A stretch of DNA of 37,465 bases from the IMG/VR virus record IMGVR_UViG_3300034691_000045, positions 1 through 37,465 of that record; one strand, given 5' to 3'. Shown piece after piece: positions 24,089-36,400 of the stretch. The DNA is from a virus. Its lineage: Duplodnaviria; Caudoviricetes. The number at the start of each line of letters is the position of its first letter. Positions within the stretch are counted from its first letter, which is position 1. The notes under the pieces were generated by a model. That model saw nothing but the letters and a program-made list of their open reading frames with translations. It did not search any database and was not told the origin of the DNA. Both the position numbers and the translations under genes were made by a program.

Positions 24089-24428
24089 CCCCCGGTCCCC
24101 GATGAACGTCGTCGTCGTCATCGCCGGGAAGCCGGCGCTCCCGGTGCGCGCCCTGCCGTTCTGCATCGACTGGGAGCGTGTCCGGGAGATTCCTGGTCGA
24201 CGCGAAACGTGGGATGCGATCTTAGGGTCGTTGGATACCTATCGCGCGGGACCCAAACTCAATCGGTATACCGCCTATCCCCGGCGGCAATGGCTGGCCG
24301 ACTGGAGATCGTTCTGTGCAGCCGAGCGGATCGACAAGGCCGCGCTGGAACGATTACCGGCTGGTGTGTTCGTCTGGAAATACGACCTGGATCAAGCGAC
24401 GGGGCATCCCGCGCCGGCGCTGCCCTAA
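24081..24428 (+). CDS. Hypothetical protein
   Basis: 115-aa ORF whose stop overlaps the giant gene's stop. Confidence 0.55.
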   Translation: MTSPRSPMNVVVVIAGKPALPVRALPFCIDWERVREIPGRRETWDAILGSLDTYRAGPKLNRYTAYPRRQWLADWRSFCAAERIDKAALERLPAGVFVWKYDLDQATGHPAPALP

Positions 24429-27400
24429 CCCCCAGCCCCGAACGCTGCCGCCGCCTCCTGCCTGAGTTCCGGAGACAGCGCCTTCAGGAACCGCGCGCTG
24501 CTGGTCAACTTCAGCGACTTCACCCGCTGGCGCAGTTGGGCATGGGTCCACTTGATCGGGGTCTCCGGGTTGGTCTTGTTCCACCCCGCAATCTGCTCCT
24601 TGGCCGCCTGCACCCCGGCGGCATCGCCCTTGAGTGCCGCGCGCGCCATGTGGTCCATGTAGGCCGACTCCATTTTCTTGCGGTAGGTGTCGCGCTCCAG
24701 GATGCTGTACTTCTGCTCGTTGAACTGCGCCACGCGCACGGGGTTGAAGCCGATCGCCTTGAAGATCGACTCGGTGCGCGAGAGCGGAATCAGCGGCGTG
24801 CCAAACCGGTCTTGCGCCTCACCGGTGAGGATCGCCGAGGTCCCATCCACCAGGCCCTTGATGGCGCGCGGCATGGCGGCGTAGGCGGCCCGGCTCCAGT
24901 TGCCGCGCGCGGCCTGCTCGGTGGCGGTACCGAGATCCTTGACGATGCCGGCGATCGGCCCCCACAACTCCGACTGCTCGCGGGCCGATCCGATGTTGCC
25001 TGGCTTCAGTATCCCGGTGCCGGGGATCAGGTTGCCCATGCCGACACGACTGGCGATGTCGAACGGCAACCCGGCGCGGCTGATGCCATGAGTGACCACG
25101 GGGCCGATAGCCTCGCCCAGCAGGGCGTTGGCCCACCGGTCCAGTTCCTCCTTAGACTGGAAGTTGTGCCCGAACCACTGCATCAGGGTGTCGATGATGT
25201 CCTCGGCGTCGTCGGCGCCCGGCAGTCCCCCGAGTCCGGCCCCGACTACCAGGGCGGCCAGCATCAGCGAGCGTTGCTTCAGCGGCATCCGCGCGAGCAG
25301 TTCGAGGTAGTTTACGGTGAACATTTTGAAGGTGAACAGCGGAGCGCCAAGCCCGCGCGCCCACACCGGCCGGTTCTCCTTGCGCATGACGAACTGCGTC
25401 TGGTTCACCGCCTCGGCGGCATAGTCATAGGCGCCCGCGTCCTTCAGTCCGTTGCCGAGCGCCTGGTTGTAGGCGGCGATGAACGTCACCTGACGGTTTG
25501 CTTGCTCGGCGAGCGAAAAGAACCCCCCCCATACCGTCATCACAAACTGCGCGTTGGGGCCGCTCATGAAGCCGCTTGGGCTCAGCGTCCCGCCGCGCGC
25601 CGTCGCCATCAGGTTGTAGATGCCCTGGGGCGAGATCAGCCCCTCCTGCTCGGCCTGCAGGTAGGCTTTGCCGAGCGCCGTCGCCGGGTCCGGCCGCCCC
25701 TTGCGCCCCTTGAGCACCTGGGCATAAGCGTTCTTCAAGAGCCGCGTCACGTTTCCCGGCTGATGGGTCAGGTAGGGGGCGGTGACCATCGGCACCTGGC
25801 TGAGGTTGGTCAGCGCGGAGGACACCGACGCCCCCAGGTACCAGGCGAACATAAACTGCCGCAGCCCGGCGAACTCCTCGCCCGGATCGGCCAGGTAGTC
25901 GCGCAGGTTGATGGCGTAGTCGCGCAGATCCCCGTGGCCCTGGGGGATCGCGTCGATGGCATAGCCCACGTCCCCGGCGTGCAGGTTGTTGGAGGCGAGC
26001 CGGGCGTTGCTGACGATGTAGCTGGCCAACACCCGCTGCGCCTCGGGCGAGTAGCCGGCGATGCCCTCGCGGTGCAGGGTGCGCTTCAGCGCCGATGCCT
26101 CGGCCGCGGCGAGCCGGATGTACTGCTGCATCAGCGCCGCGGTGTCTTTGCCGTCCTGGCTGGTGGTATCGATGTGGTCGGCGAAGAGCGCGAGGGTGTC
26201 CATGTTGAGCCCGCGGAACAGCTTGTGGCCCTCCTCGCTGGTGATGCCGTGGTGGACCTCCTCCCCCGGTCCCTTGGCCGCATCGATCGCCTTGAAGGCG
26301 TCCATCTGCTCGGCTTCAGAGGCGTACTTGCGGAAGAACACCACCTTGCGCTCGGTCTGCCCGGTCACCGGGTCAGTCTCCTCAGCCCATACCGTGACCG
26401 CGAACTGACCGAAGCGCATCAGCGGGAAATAGGCATTGTCCTTCAGATCCGCGACCCGCTCGGCGATGCCGTCGATGCTCGCCTGGGTGGCGTCGATCTT
26501 CTTGACAAGGGCGTCGGCTTGCTTGAGCCCCATCTCGGCCGCGTCCAGATTCCTGGTGGACTGCGCCAAGGCCCGCGCGGTGCCCTGCTGGGCTTTCTGC
26601 GCCGCCGTCAGGTCGGCGTGCGCCTTGGTATAGGTCTTGGCAGTAGCACCGTCCAGGGCCTTCTGAGCGCGCGTCAGGGCCTGCTGCGCCGCGGTGTCTG
26701 CCACCTGGTCTGCGCCATGCTCCCCGCGCATCAGCGTGACCATGTGCCGCGCCTCCTGGAAGCGCTGCACCGCGTCCTCGCGCAGCGGGCTCAGGGCCTG
26801 CTCGGCGTTGCTCGCGGCCTCCGCGACGTTCTCCCCCAGGATCAGGCGCGACAGCCGCCCGCTCATCGCATGGCGCACGGGGGGCGGTAGATCGGGGTGC
26901 AGTTCCTCCAGCAGCGCGCGCAGCGCCCCGGCCTGGAAGGTCTGCGCGGTGCTGTCGAGGCTGCGGTGGGTGGCGGCCAGCGCCTGGGTGTAGCTCGCGA
27001 CCTGGCGCGCGTTGAGCCCGCGGGCTTGCAACTCGGCGGGGCTGTAGCGGTGCTCGGCCAGCGTCCCCTCGTTGAGCGCCAGTTGGACCGCGGCCAGCTC
27101 GCGCGGGCTCATCGCCCCGCGCACCAGCTTCGCCGAACGCCAGGCTGCGCGCGGCCCCTGCTCCATCTGGGTGAACCAGTGCGGGGCCAGCGCCTCGGCC
27201 TCCATGGCATAGCTCGAATTGGAGTCGGCCTGGCGCGACAGCCCGTCATAGACCGGCCGGAACTCGGGCTGGTTGAGTGCCAGGTTGCGCGGGGTGCCGA
27301 CGGTCTTGTCCCAGCCGCGCACGCGCTTGGACGTGGCCCGGCCGGGGATGTTGTAGCCGTAGGGGGCGTAGCGTTCAAAGGCGGCAGCAATGCGGCTAGT

Positions 27401-30400
27401 GAGGGTGGGCGTGCTGGCGACCCGCGGCCCGGCCGGCGCCCCGCCCAGGGCGTAGCGGATGTCGGGGGAGGGGCCGAAAGCTCCGGTGTTATCTGTCGCT
27501 GACTTGACGTTTTCCGACTTCAATATTATCAATTCCATGTGTTTGTCGGCCGTAGCCCCCTCTATCATCACTGAATCGTACCCGCGATCCAATAACCACG
27601 ATCTCACTTTTTGTGGGTTGGTGTCGATCTTATCCGAATCAGATAATAGTTGCGTCTCGATCTGGCGGTTTTTGAGTTTTACAAAATATGGATTTTCCGA
27701 ATTTGAATAAAACGCTCGCACCTCGCCGCCGTATTGGGGGCTAATCGCGAACATCCGGTTAGGAGTGAAAAAGAACCCTATTTTCGATCCTTCCGTTCTT
27801 GTGTTCGTTCCCATCTTGTCCGGTTCAAATGTCGTGAAGGTCGGGTCTTTGTCTCCGCGATAGAGTGCAACAGGCTCCCCCGCTTGATCGACCATTGCGC
27901 TATTGCCGAACCAGCGCGCAAAGTTCTGCCACGCCAACCCCCCATCCGGTGCCCGCTGCTCGCCGAAGCGCGCCTTGGCCCAGGCCACCACGGCGGGGCG
28001 GTAGGCGGACTCGGTGAACTCTCCGGCGGTTCCGGATGGTTCCCCCGCCCGGCCGGTGGCATAGCGGATGTCATCACCCTTGGTTCCTTTCCGCGCAATG
28101 CGAACGCCGTTTTTCTCCAACTCTGCGCGCAGTTGTGGCGTGACCGTGTTTTCAGGAATACTCAGCCTGTTCTTGTTGACGATCGCCGCAATCTTCTGCG
28201 CTACCTCTGAGTCAGGAACGACTCGCTTGATTCTCAGGTACCGAGAGAGCACAACCTCGCGCCCACCGGGAACCTTGGACGCCACCACGCCGCTGTTCCA
28301 CTTGTTTGGTCCAACTTTTTTGACTGATCCTTCCGCTTGATAACCGCTTGTTATCTCGCTTATGGGAACCTCGACTTCCACGGTCACAAGCTGGGGACGC
28401 TCTACCCCATCATTCTTCCATGCGGCAGTGAACTGGTCATTCAATGGAACAGGGGAAGCGTGGAAGTAAGGGGCATACAGTGCCCACGTCGTCCCGCCAC
28501 CTGGCTTTTTAAGCGGGAACTGCCCTTTATACATCCCGTCAGTCGGAACCAAGTCCGGCCGTTCCTCGGAACGCATCCACTTCCCGACTGGCTCGGGCTT
28601 ACGCAGCGCAAGATTACCCATCTCGTCGGTCATCTTCGCCGACATTGGCGGATACAGTTTGCCGTCGATCATCGACATAGCGCGGTAGAGTGTGACCGTC
28701 TTTCCTGCGTCAAACTCCTTGGCTTGGGATGATGGCACAAGGCGCGGATCAGCCTGGTTATCCACTCCAACGTCAGCCAGGTATTCGGGAGCAAATTCGG
28801 TATCGGCCCGCCCGGTTGAGAACCGCCACCCGCCCGTTCGCTCACCGGCCATCTGCCCAAACCTTGCCCGCAACTGCGCCCGCACCCGATCCTCCCCGGT
28901 GCGGTTGTACTGCGCCACCCCGGCGACGATCTCGCGCAGGTCGGCGTCGGAGAAGTGCAGCACGAAGCCGGCCTTGCGCAACCAGGCCCGGATCGCGGCA
29001 TAGACCCGGCGCAGGAAGGGCAGGTCGGCCTGGGCGTTGACCTCGGCCAGGTGCGCCAGGAACTCATCAGCCGCTTCCCGGCGTTCGTCCAGGTTTTCCA
29101 TGGACAAACCCCGTGCGCGGGCGTACAGGGCAACGTCGGCCTGGCGGTCGGCGATCAACTCGTCCAGGAAGGGGTTGAGGGTTGGGCCGAACGCCTGGCG
29201 TAAGCCACTGTGAAACGCCTCATGACTGAGGACCGTCACTATCCCATCGCGCACGTCGGCCAAATTGTCCGCCACCGCCCAGATGGTCCCCTTGGCGCCC
29301 TTCTCGCCGGGGATGAACACCGCCTTCGCCGTCGCGCTCGGGTTGGCCTTGCGAGCCTCGCGCAGCCCCGCCACGGCCGCCGCGGGCAGTTCCCCTTCCG
29401 TCTGCACCACCCGGAGGTCGGCCGCGCGCGAGAGCCCCTTGAGCTTGGCAAACAGGGGTTGCAGTTTGGCGTCGAGGAAGGCTTGCGTCAGGCGCGGCAG
29501 GTCTGGGGACCGCGTGCGGGTCTGGGTCGGCACGCCGGGGAGGTTGCCGAGCGAGAAAAGCGCCTCGCCCTGGTCATCGACAGACTCCTCGTCCTCGCCC
29601 TGGTCCGCCGCATCCGCCTGTTCTTCGGCTGCCGCATCGACCACGACCGACTTATCCTCGGTGGACAGCAGCAGGTCCGCAGTCAACCGGTCCAACTCAT
29701 CGGCCTTGTCGCGCAACTCGTCGGCCTGCGCGAAAGGCTTTGAATACTCAGCTTCCAACCGCGGAATCTCGCGCTGCGCCTCCTTGAGACCCACAATGCG
29801 GTCCTGATTCTTCCCCTCGATGTGCGCGAGTAGTCCCTGCGCCAAAGTGCGCGGGGTGGTGTCCGCGCCAAACTCGTAACTGCCGCGTTTGGTGGCAAGG
29901 ATCGACACGAAGTCGTCGGCGTGCGGTTCCAGGCGCGTGTTGTCCTTCACCGTCCAGGTGGCGCTGATCCCGTGCCCGGCGAAGATTCCGACCGACAACG
30001 GGGGTAGATGATGGCGAGTGGGATAATTGGACCAGGGCAACAACGTGCCTTTGTTCTTCGGGTTGTCGTGCCAATCCTTATCGGCCTGATCGTAAGCCGC
30101 GGAGTCTTGCGCCCGCAGCTTATTCGCCTGCCCTTGATAGGCAGCAATCAGCGCCTTGGTGATATCGCCAGCCCGCTTGTTCTGCGCATCTTCCTGGAAC
30201 GAAAAGGCGGTGGCGGTCGCCCGCTTGGGCTCGAAGATCAAGAGCCCGCCGTCGATCGTCAGGTCTTCGAGTTGGTCGCGGTATTCGCCCTGCTCCGGCG
30301 TTTCGGCGAGAGCCTGCTTGACCCATGCCTTCGCCCGATTGAGTCGCCCAAAGACATCGCGGCGGGCTTCTTGGTAGGCGCGTTCCAGTGCCGCCATGCG

Positions 30401-33400
30401 GCGCACGTCGGCCTGAAGGTCAGCCCGGCGCTTGATGCGTGGATCGCCACTGAAGGCGGCCATCGCCTCGCCTGCGCTCATGGTGTCTTGCGACACGTCC
30501 TCGATGGTGCGCTCGATCAGGTTCTTGCTGAGAATCTTGTCGACAATGATGCCCTTCTGCTGCACCTTGTCCCAGACGAAGGTGTCCACCGTGCGCTCGG
30601 CACCGATGTTGAGGACCTTCACTTCACTGAACAGGTTGCCGAAGCGGATACCGCGGCCGTTGCGTTGCAGCCAGTTGGAGAGGTTCCACCAGACATCCAT
30701 GTGCAGCAGTAGGGAGACGCGCGTCTGCACGTTCACCCCGGTGCCCATGGTCGACGTTGATCCGATATAGACCCTGATCTTTCCGGCCCGCACTCGCCCA
30801 TGCTGCGCCAATCGCGCCGCTCGCCGCACATCGGTCGAGCCGCTGGTCTCTTGCGCAAAGGCGATCTCTGCCGCCGGGATTCCGCGCTCGATTAACTTCC
30901 TCTTCAGTTCGTCGTAGATCGAGAAGCGCCCTTCTTTGTTGGGCACCCCAAGGTCAGCAAAGACCAACGCAACACCATCGATTTTGATGGTCTTCTTGGG
31001 GTCAGTCGGGTCCTTCACGGAAATCCCGGTGGTGCGCTGGTACTCGCGAAACACCGTGTCGACCGCCTTGTTGGTCTTGCTGTCGGCCTCATCGGGATTA
31101 GCCGGGTCGATCATCCGCATATCCATCGCCGCCTTGCGCCCGTCGGTGACGATGTTCAGCATGTTGTCGGGCAAGGCTTGGCGCGGATTCTTGCGCACCC
31201 GCTTCGCCCGCACGATCAGCGTCTCTTGGAAGGCCGCCAGGGTCGGGGTCTGTGGCACCACGATCTGCTCGGGCGCCCCTCCCGTCATCGCTGGACGCGG
31301 CACGCCGGCCTCGGCCGCGGTCATCACGTCGAGCCGGCGATAGACCGCGCGCAGCATCTCCGGGGCGTTGTAGAAGCGCCGGAAGCGCACCACCTCGCGG
31401 AAGCCGCCGCCCTCGGGGGCATACTCGGACGCGACCCCAATGTCGCCGTACTCCGATGCCCAACGGTCAAAGTGATGCAGACCGGACGCGCGCAACGCGG
31501 GATAGTCCAGATACCGCTGAATGGTGTAGACCTCGGCGACCGAATTGGATACCGGGGTCCCGCTCGCCAACACCACGCCGCCGCCGAAGGTGTCTTGCAG
31601 GTAGCGCGCCTTCATGAACAAACCCCAGGCGCGGCCCGATCCTTTGGGGTTTCCGAGCCCTTTCACCTGACCTTGCAGTTTGGTATAGAAGGCTAGGTTT
31701 TTGTACTCCTGCGCCTCATCGACAAACAGCATATCGACGCCCAGATCCTCGAAGCTCGTCCCCTGATCCTTCTCGCGAATATCGCCGAGCGTCTTGAGTT
31801 TGGATTCCAGTCGCTTCTTGGCCTTCTCCAGGGCCTTGACCGCCTGGCTCGGTGGCTTCTTACCGCGCGCCGACCAACTCCCCCCTCCGGTGTCCGTCTC
31901 GCGCGCACCGCGCAACGCCTCCTCCAGGTCCTCCAACTCCTGAGCGATCCGCTTCATCTCGGTATCGGGAGATACCGGAATCCGGTTAAAGCTCTCATGG
32001 GTGACAATCACCGCATCCCAATTGTTGTTGGCGATTCGACCCAGCGCCAACCGCCGCTGCCGGGCGTTATCGCCAATATGGATCGTCAGGATATTGGCGT
32101 TCGGATAGAGCCGCAGGAACTCGGCGCGGAACTGCCCAACGGTGGAGCCAAGCACCGCGTACATGGGTTTCTTCTTCACCCCGGTGCGCTTTAACTCCAT
32201 GCCCGCGGTAATCATCTCAAAGGTCTTACCGGTTCCGACCTCGTGTCCCAGGTAGGCGTCCAGGTCCTGCTGAATGCGCCACACCGCGCCGGCTTGGTAG
32301 TCGCGCAACTGCTCGTGCGGACTCTGGCCAGGGAATGCCTCCTGTGGCTTTGCTGCGACGTAATAGGGATGCTGGAATTTGCGCAGCACCTCGGCGTTGC
32401 GCAAGTCGTTGTAGACCCGTCCCATGGCCTCGGAGCGGTAGCGGTCGGCCCAGGTCCAGCGTTGGAACTCGTCGCGGATCGCCTCCAGTTTGGCGCGGGC
32501 CGCCTCGGTCTGTTCCTCGTTGACGACTTGGCGGACCTTGCGCCGGCCGTCCTCGAAATACTCCACCGGATCAGTGACGCGCGGCACCCCACCGTTGAGC
32601 GCGAGATCCAGCAGGTCCAGCAGATGGGCGCGCTTGGTGCCCCAGGTGACGGTCGCCGGCGTCGATGACAGGATGGCGGCCTGGTTGCGATTGGCCGCCG
32701 CACCGTTCTCCCCGCCGATTTGCACATGCCACTTACCGGTCGGCCTGGCGTAGCTGACGATCAGCGCATCTTGCCCGCGGTAGTTCAGGTCGAGCAGATG
32801 AGACACGAAGTCGCGCACCGTCTCGGCCGGGACCCAGTTCGCGCCCAAGTTGGCATGGATCTCTTGCGGGGTCAGGTCGGGCGGCTGGATCGCCTCCAGT
32901 GCCGCGACATTCTCCTGGTAGGCGTCATCCACCTCGGCCGCGGTCTTGGCTGCCGTGAGCTTCTCGCGCACGTTTCCGCTCAAGTACGCATCGGCCGTCA
33001 CCCAGCCGGCCAGCGGATCGTTGTAGACCGTCCCGCGTAGCCCCTCGCGCACCGCCTCGAAGGGTTGGCCGGTCAGCGACTGCATGTACTTCCAGTCCAC
33101 GCGCCCGCGGTAGTTGAGCGCCGCGGCGAGCGCATCGAGCGGACTGTCGGCGTGGGTCGGGGCCTGCCGGATCGCCACCACCCGCTCGGTGAAGATATCG
33201 GCCAGGCGCCCGACCTTCTGCGCCTCGGCATCCCAATGCTCCAGGGCGAGCACCGCCGGGGCGTCCGGATCGGACCAAAACGCCTTGGCGTTCTCCTTGA
33301 GATTGAGCGGCCCGTGCGCCTTAACGAAGGCGTCATACTGCTTGCGTAGCCCCTGGCGCAGGCGCTTCAACTCCTGGTCGTCGGCTTGGCGCAGCTCGGC

Positions 33401-36400
33401 GTTGAGCACCGCGCGCCGCCCCTTCATGACCTCCAGGTAACCGCGCACGCGCGCTTGGTCGTCGGCCTTGAGCGGCGGATCAAGCGGGTAGAGCATCCCT
33501 TCGCGCTTCACCCACAAGGCACCCTCGTGCTCGGCAAAGCCGCCGTCCTTCACGTCGCCCACTTCCGCCGACACCGCGTACATGGACTCGTCGGCAAAGG
33601 CGGCCTGGCCCTCCTCCATCATGACGGCACCCGGCAGTCGGGCCAGCAGCGGCAGTACCGTCTCGCCGATCGGTTGGTCGCTGGGCTCCATCGCCGGTTC
33701 GTAGGCGTTGCCGTAGCGCCCGGCACGCCAAATCATGCGGGTTGCCATCTGCTCGGGGTGGCGGTGGTAATACTCGTTGACGTTGGCGGTCTTCTGGCCG
33801 TAGGTGCCGCGCTCGTCTCCGGCCTCCTTGTCGAGCGTCACCGCGCGCACGTCCTCCATGCCTGCCAACTCCATCGGCTGGGACTCGCCCCAGGTCTCGG
33901 TCAGGTCAGTTTTGTCCCCGGCCTTGCGCCGCAGGAAGATGATGTCGGTGGTGACCGTGGTCATGCCCGCTTCCTTGAAGGCGTTCTCGGGCAGGCGCAC
34001 GGCGCCGATCAGGTCGGCCTTGGCGGCCAGGGCCGCGCGCACCTCGGGGCCGCCCTTGGCGATCTTGTCCAGGGTCCCGCGCGAGGTGATGAAGGCAACG
34101 ATGCCGCCGGGGCGTACCAACTCGATCGACTTCAGGAAGAAGTAGTCGTGCAGGAAACGCTTGCCAGGGTTGTACTTCTTGTCGACTGGGGCAAAGTCGG
34201 CAAAGGGGACGTTGCTGACCACCAGGTCGAAGTAGCGCTCGGGCAGCTTCACATCCTCAAACCCCGACTGCTTGACCGCGGTGCGCTGCAACACCTGGGA
34301 CGCCAGGCGCGCTGAGATCGGATCAAGGTCGATCGCCATCAGTTTGGATGCCGCCTCCATCTCCTTGGGCATCATGGCGAAGAAGTAGCCCACGCCGCAG
34401 GAGGGGTCGAGCACCTTGCCCCCAGCGAAGCCCATCCGCTCCAGGGTCGACCACATGGCGCGCACCACCGCCGGGTCGGTATAGTTGGCATTGACGGTAG
34501 AGGCCCGCGCCGCGGTCATCTCCTCGTAGCTCAACAGTTGCTCCAGCGCATCAAAGCGCCGCTGCCAGGCCGGTTCCAGCCGGCGGTAGCTGAACAACTC
34601 ATTGGCGATCCCGCCCCAGCCGTGGAACTGCACCAGGATCGCCTGCTCGGCGGGCGTGGCCATGCGCCCCGCGGCTTCAATCTCCTTCAGAAGGCGGATC
34701 GCGCGGATGTTGTCGGCGAAGGCTTCCGCCTTGCCGGACGGGATCAAATCATCAGGGCGGGTGACGGAGAAATTGCCGGTGGCCGGAATCGCAGTGGCGT
34801 CTCCGGTTCCTCCTGTTCCGTCGGGACCCTCAGCAGGTTGTTGAACACCAGTTCCATCGCCTGGTTGTACGGCAGTCCCCGTGATGTCAGTTCCGCGCCC
34901 TGATCCTTCGCCGCTTCCTGAATCGTCACGCAGGTCTCCCGCAGCGTTCCCGCCTGCTCCAGGGCCGCGAACGCCGCCGGTCGGTTGGTCTTCAGATCCA
35001 ACCACACCTGGTGCGCCCACCCGGTCAACTTGGTTTCCACGTTCGTCCTCGGTCAAGTAAGTGGTGGATGGCCCGGCCTCGTGCTGGAACGGTTCCAGCA
35101 GGAAGGAGTTGATCTCCTCGGGTCCCAGCGGCTCCAGGTAGGCGACCGCGCCCAGGGCCTCGGTTGCCTCGCCCTGGCGATGCGCGTCGTCGTAGGCGGC
35201 AAAGCCTGGCGGTTGCGCGCCCGGCCCGCGTCTGTCCTCAGTATACGCATACCAATAGTGCTTATCTGCGGACTCGATCCCGTTGAGCGCGGCATAGCGC
35301 GCGCGCAGGTCGGCCTTCAACTCCTCGGCAAGCGCACGGATGGCGTCGCGTTGTGCGGTCAGCGGGTCTTGAAAACTGCCCAGCGCCTTGGGTTTGCCGT
35401 CGACCCAAGTGACGTGCTTGAGCATCTCGTGCCACATGGCCGAGAAGGCGATCCGCTCAGTCCCCGTCGGGTAGGGGGTTCCGCTGTACATCAGGCCCTT
35501 GGTGTACTGCCCCTCTTTCACGAAATCGCTGACCAGATAGTCGGAGCGCCGCTCCGCGCCCATCCAGTCATAGATCGACGCCTCCCAGGAGCGCGCCCAC
35601 AGCTCTTGCGGGCGCTTCCAGTAATCGCCCAACTGCGTGGCCTGGTCGTAGAAGTCGGTCTCACGCTTGATGCCGTACTTCGGGAACTCCCACCCGTCGT
35701 TCTCCAGGAACGCCGCGGCGGCATCCAGACGCCCGCGCTTGGTCTTGGTGTCAAACCCGTAGCCCACATCGGACCGGGCGCCGGTCAGGATGCTATCCAG
35801 GACCGATTCCAGCCGGGCCGGGTCCAGGCGGTGCATCAGCGCCGCCTTGACCAAAGCGGTCATGCGCCGGCCCTCGGGGGTAGCGTCAAGGGCATCGTCC
35901 AGGGCGTGGCCCCACTCGTGAGCAACCGACCCGTCCCCGGCCGCCTTGGTGATGTTGATCGCCTTCACATGGCCGTCAACGATCGGCATTCCGTTATCGT
36001 CTAGTGCCTCTTTCCCGTCCTCAGTGACCCGGAAGATCGGCCACGCCGGCGCGAAAAAGGCGGACGCCTTCCCGCCGCGCCCGAGCTTGCCGATGCTGTA
36101 GTGCAACTCCCCGCCGAAGGACAGGTCGGTCTTGGGGTCAGCGCCGATCAACTCGGCCAGGTCGTGCAGTCCCTCGAAGGAACCGGTCAGGTGCGCCGCC
36201 CCGCTGGTGCTGGTCACATAGTTACCAACCGGCACCGCCGCAAAGTTGAACTCGGCCTTGACCAGTTCGGAGGTCGGCTCGCGGCCCTGAAGCACGTCCT
36301 TGAAGCCTTCGCGCACGATCTTTTTGAGCACCGGCCGCTTGGGCTCGATGAGCTTGGTTACGGTGTCGGCTTCGCCCTTGAGGAACCCATACCACGGGGA

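Noticed and set aside
24209-26890. 893-aa plus-strand ORF (also 33386-34315, 34985-36004, 36101-37390)
   Set aside because: Antisense shadows of the GC3-rich giant gene; R/G/L/V-rich with no motifs
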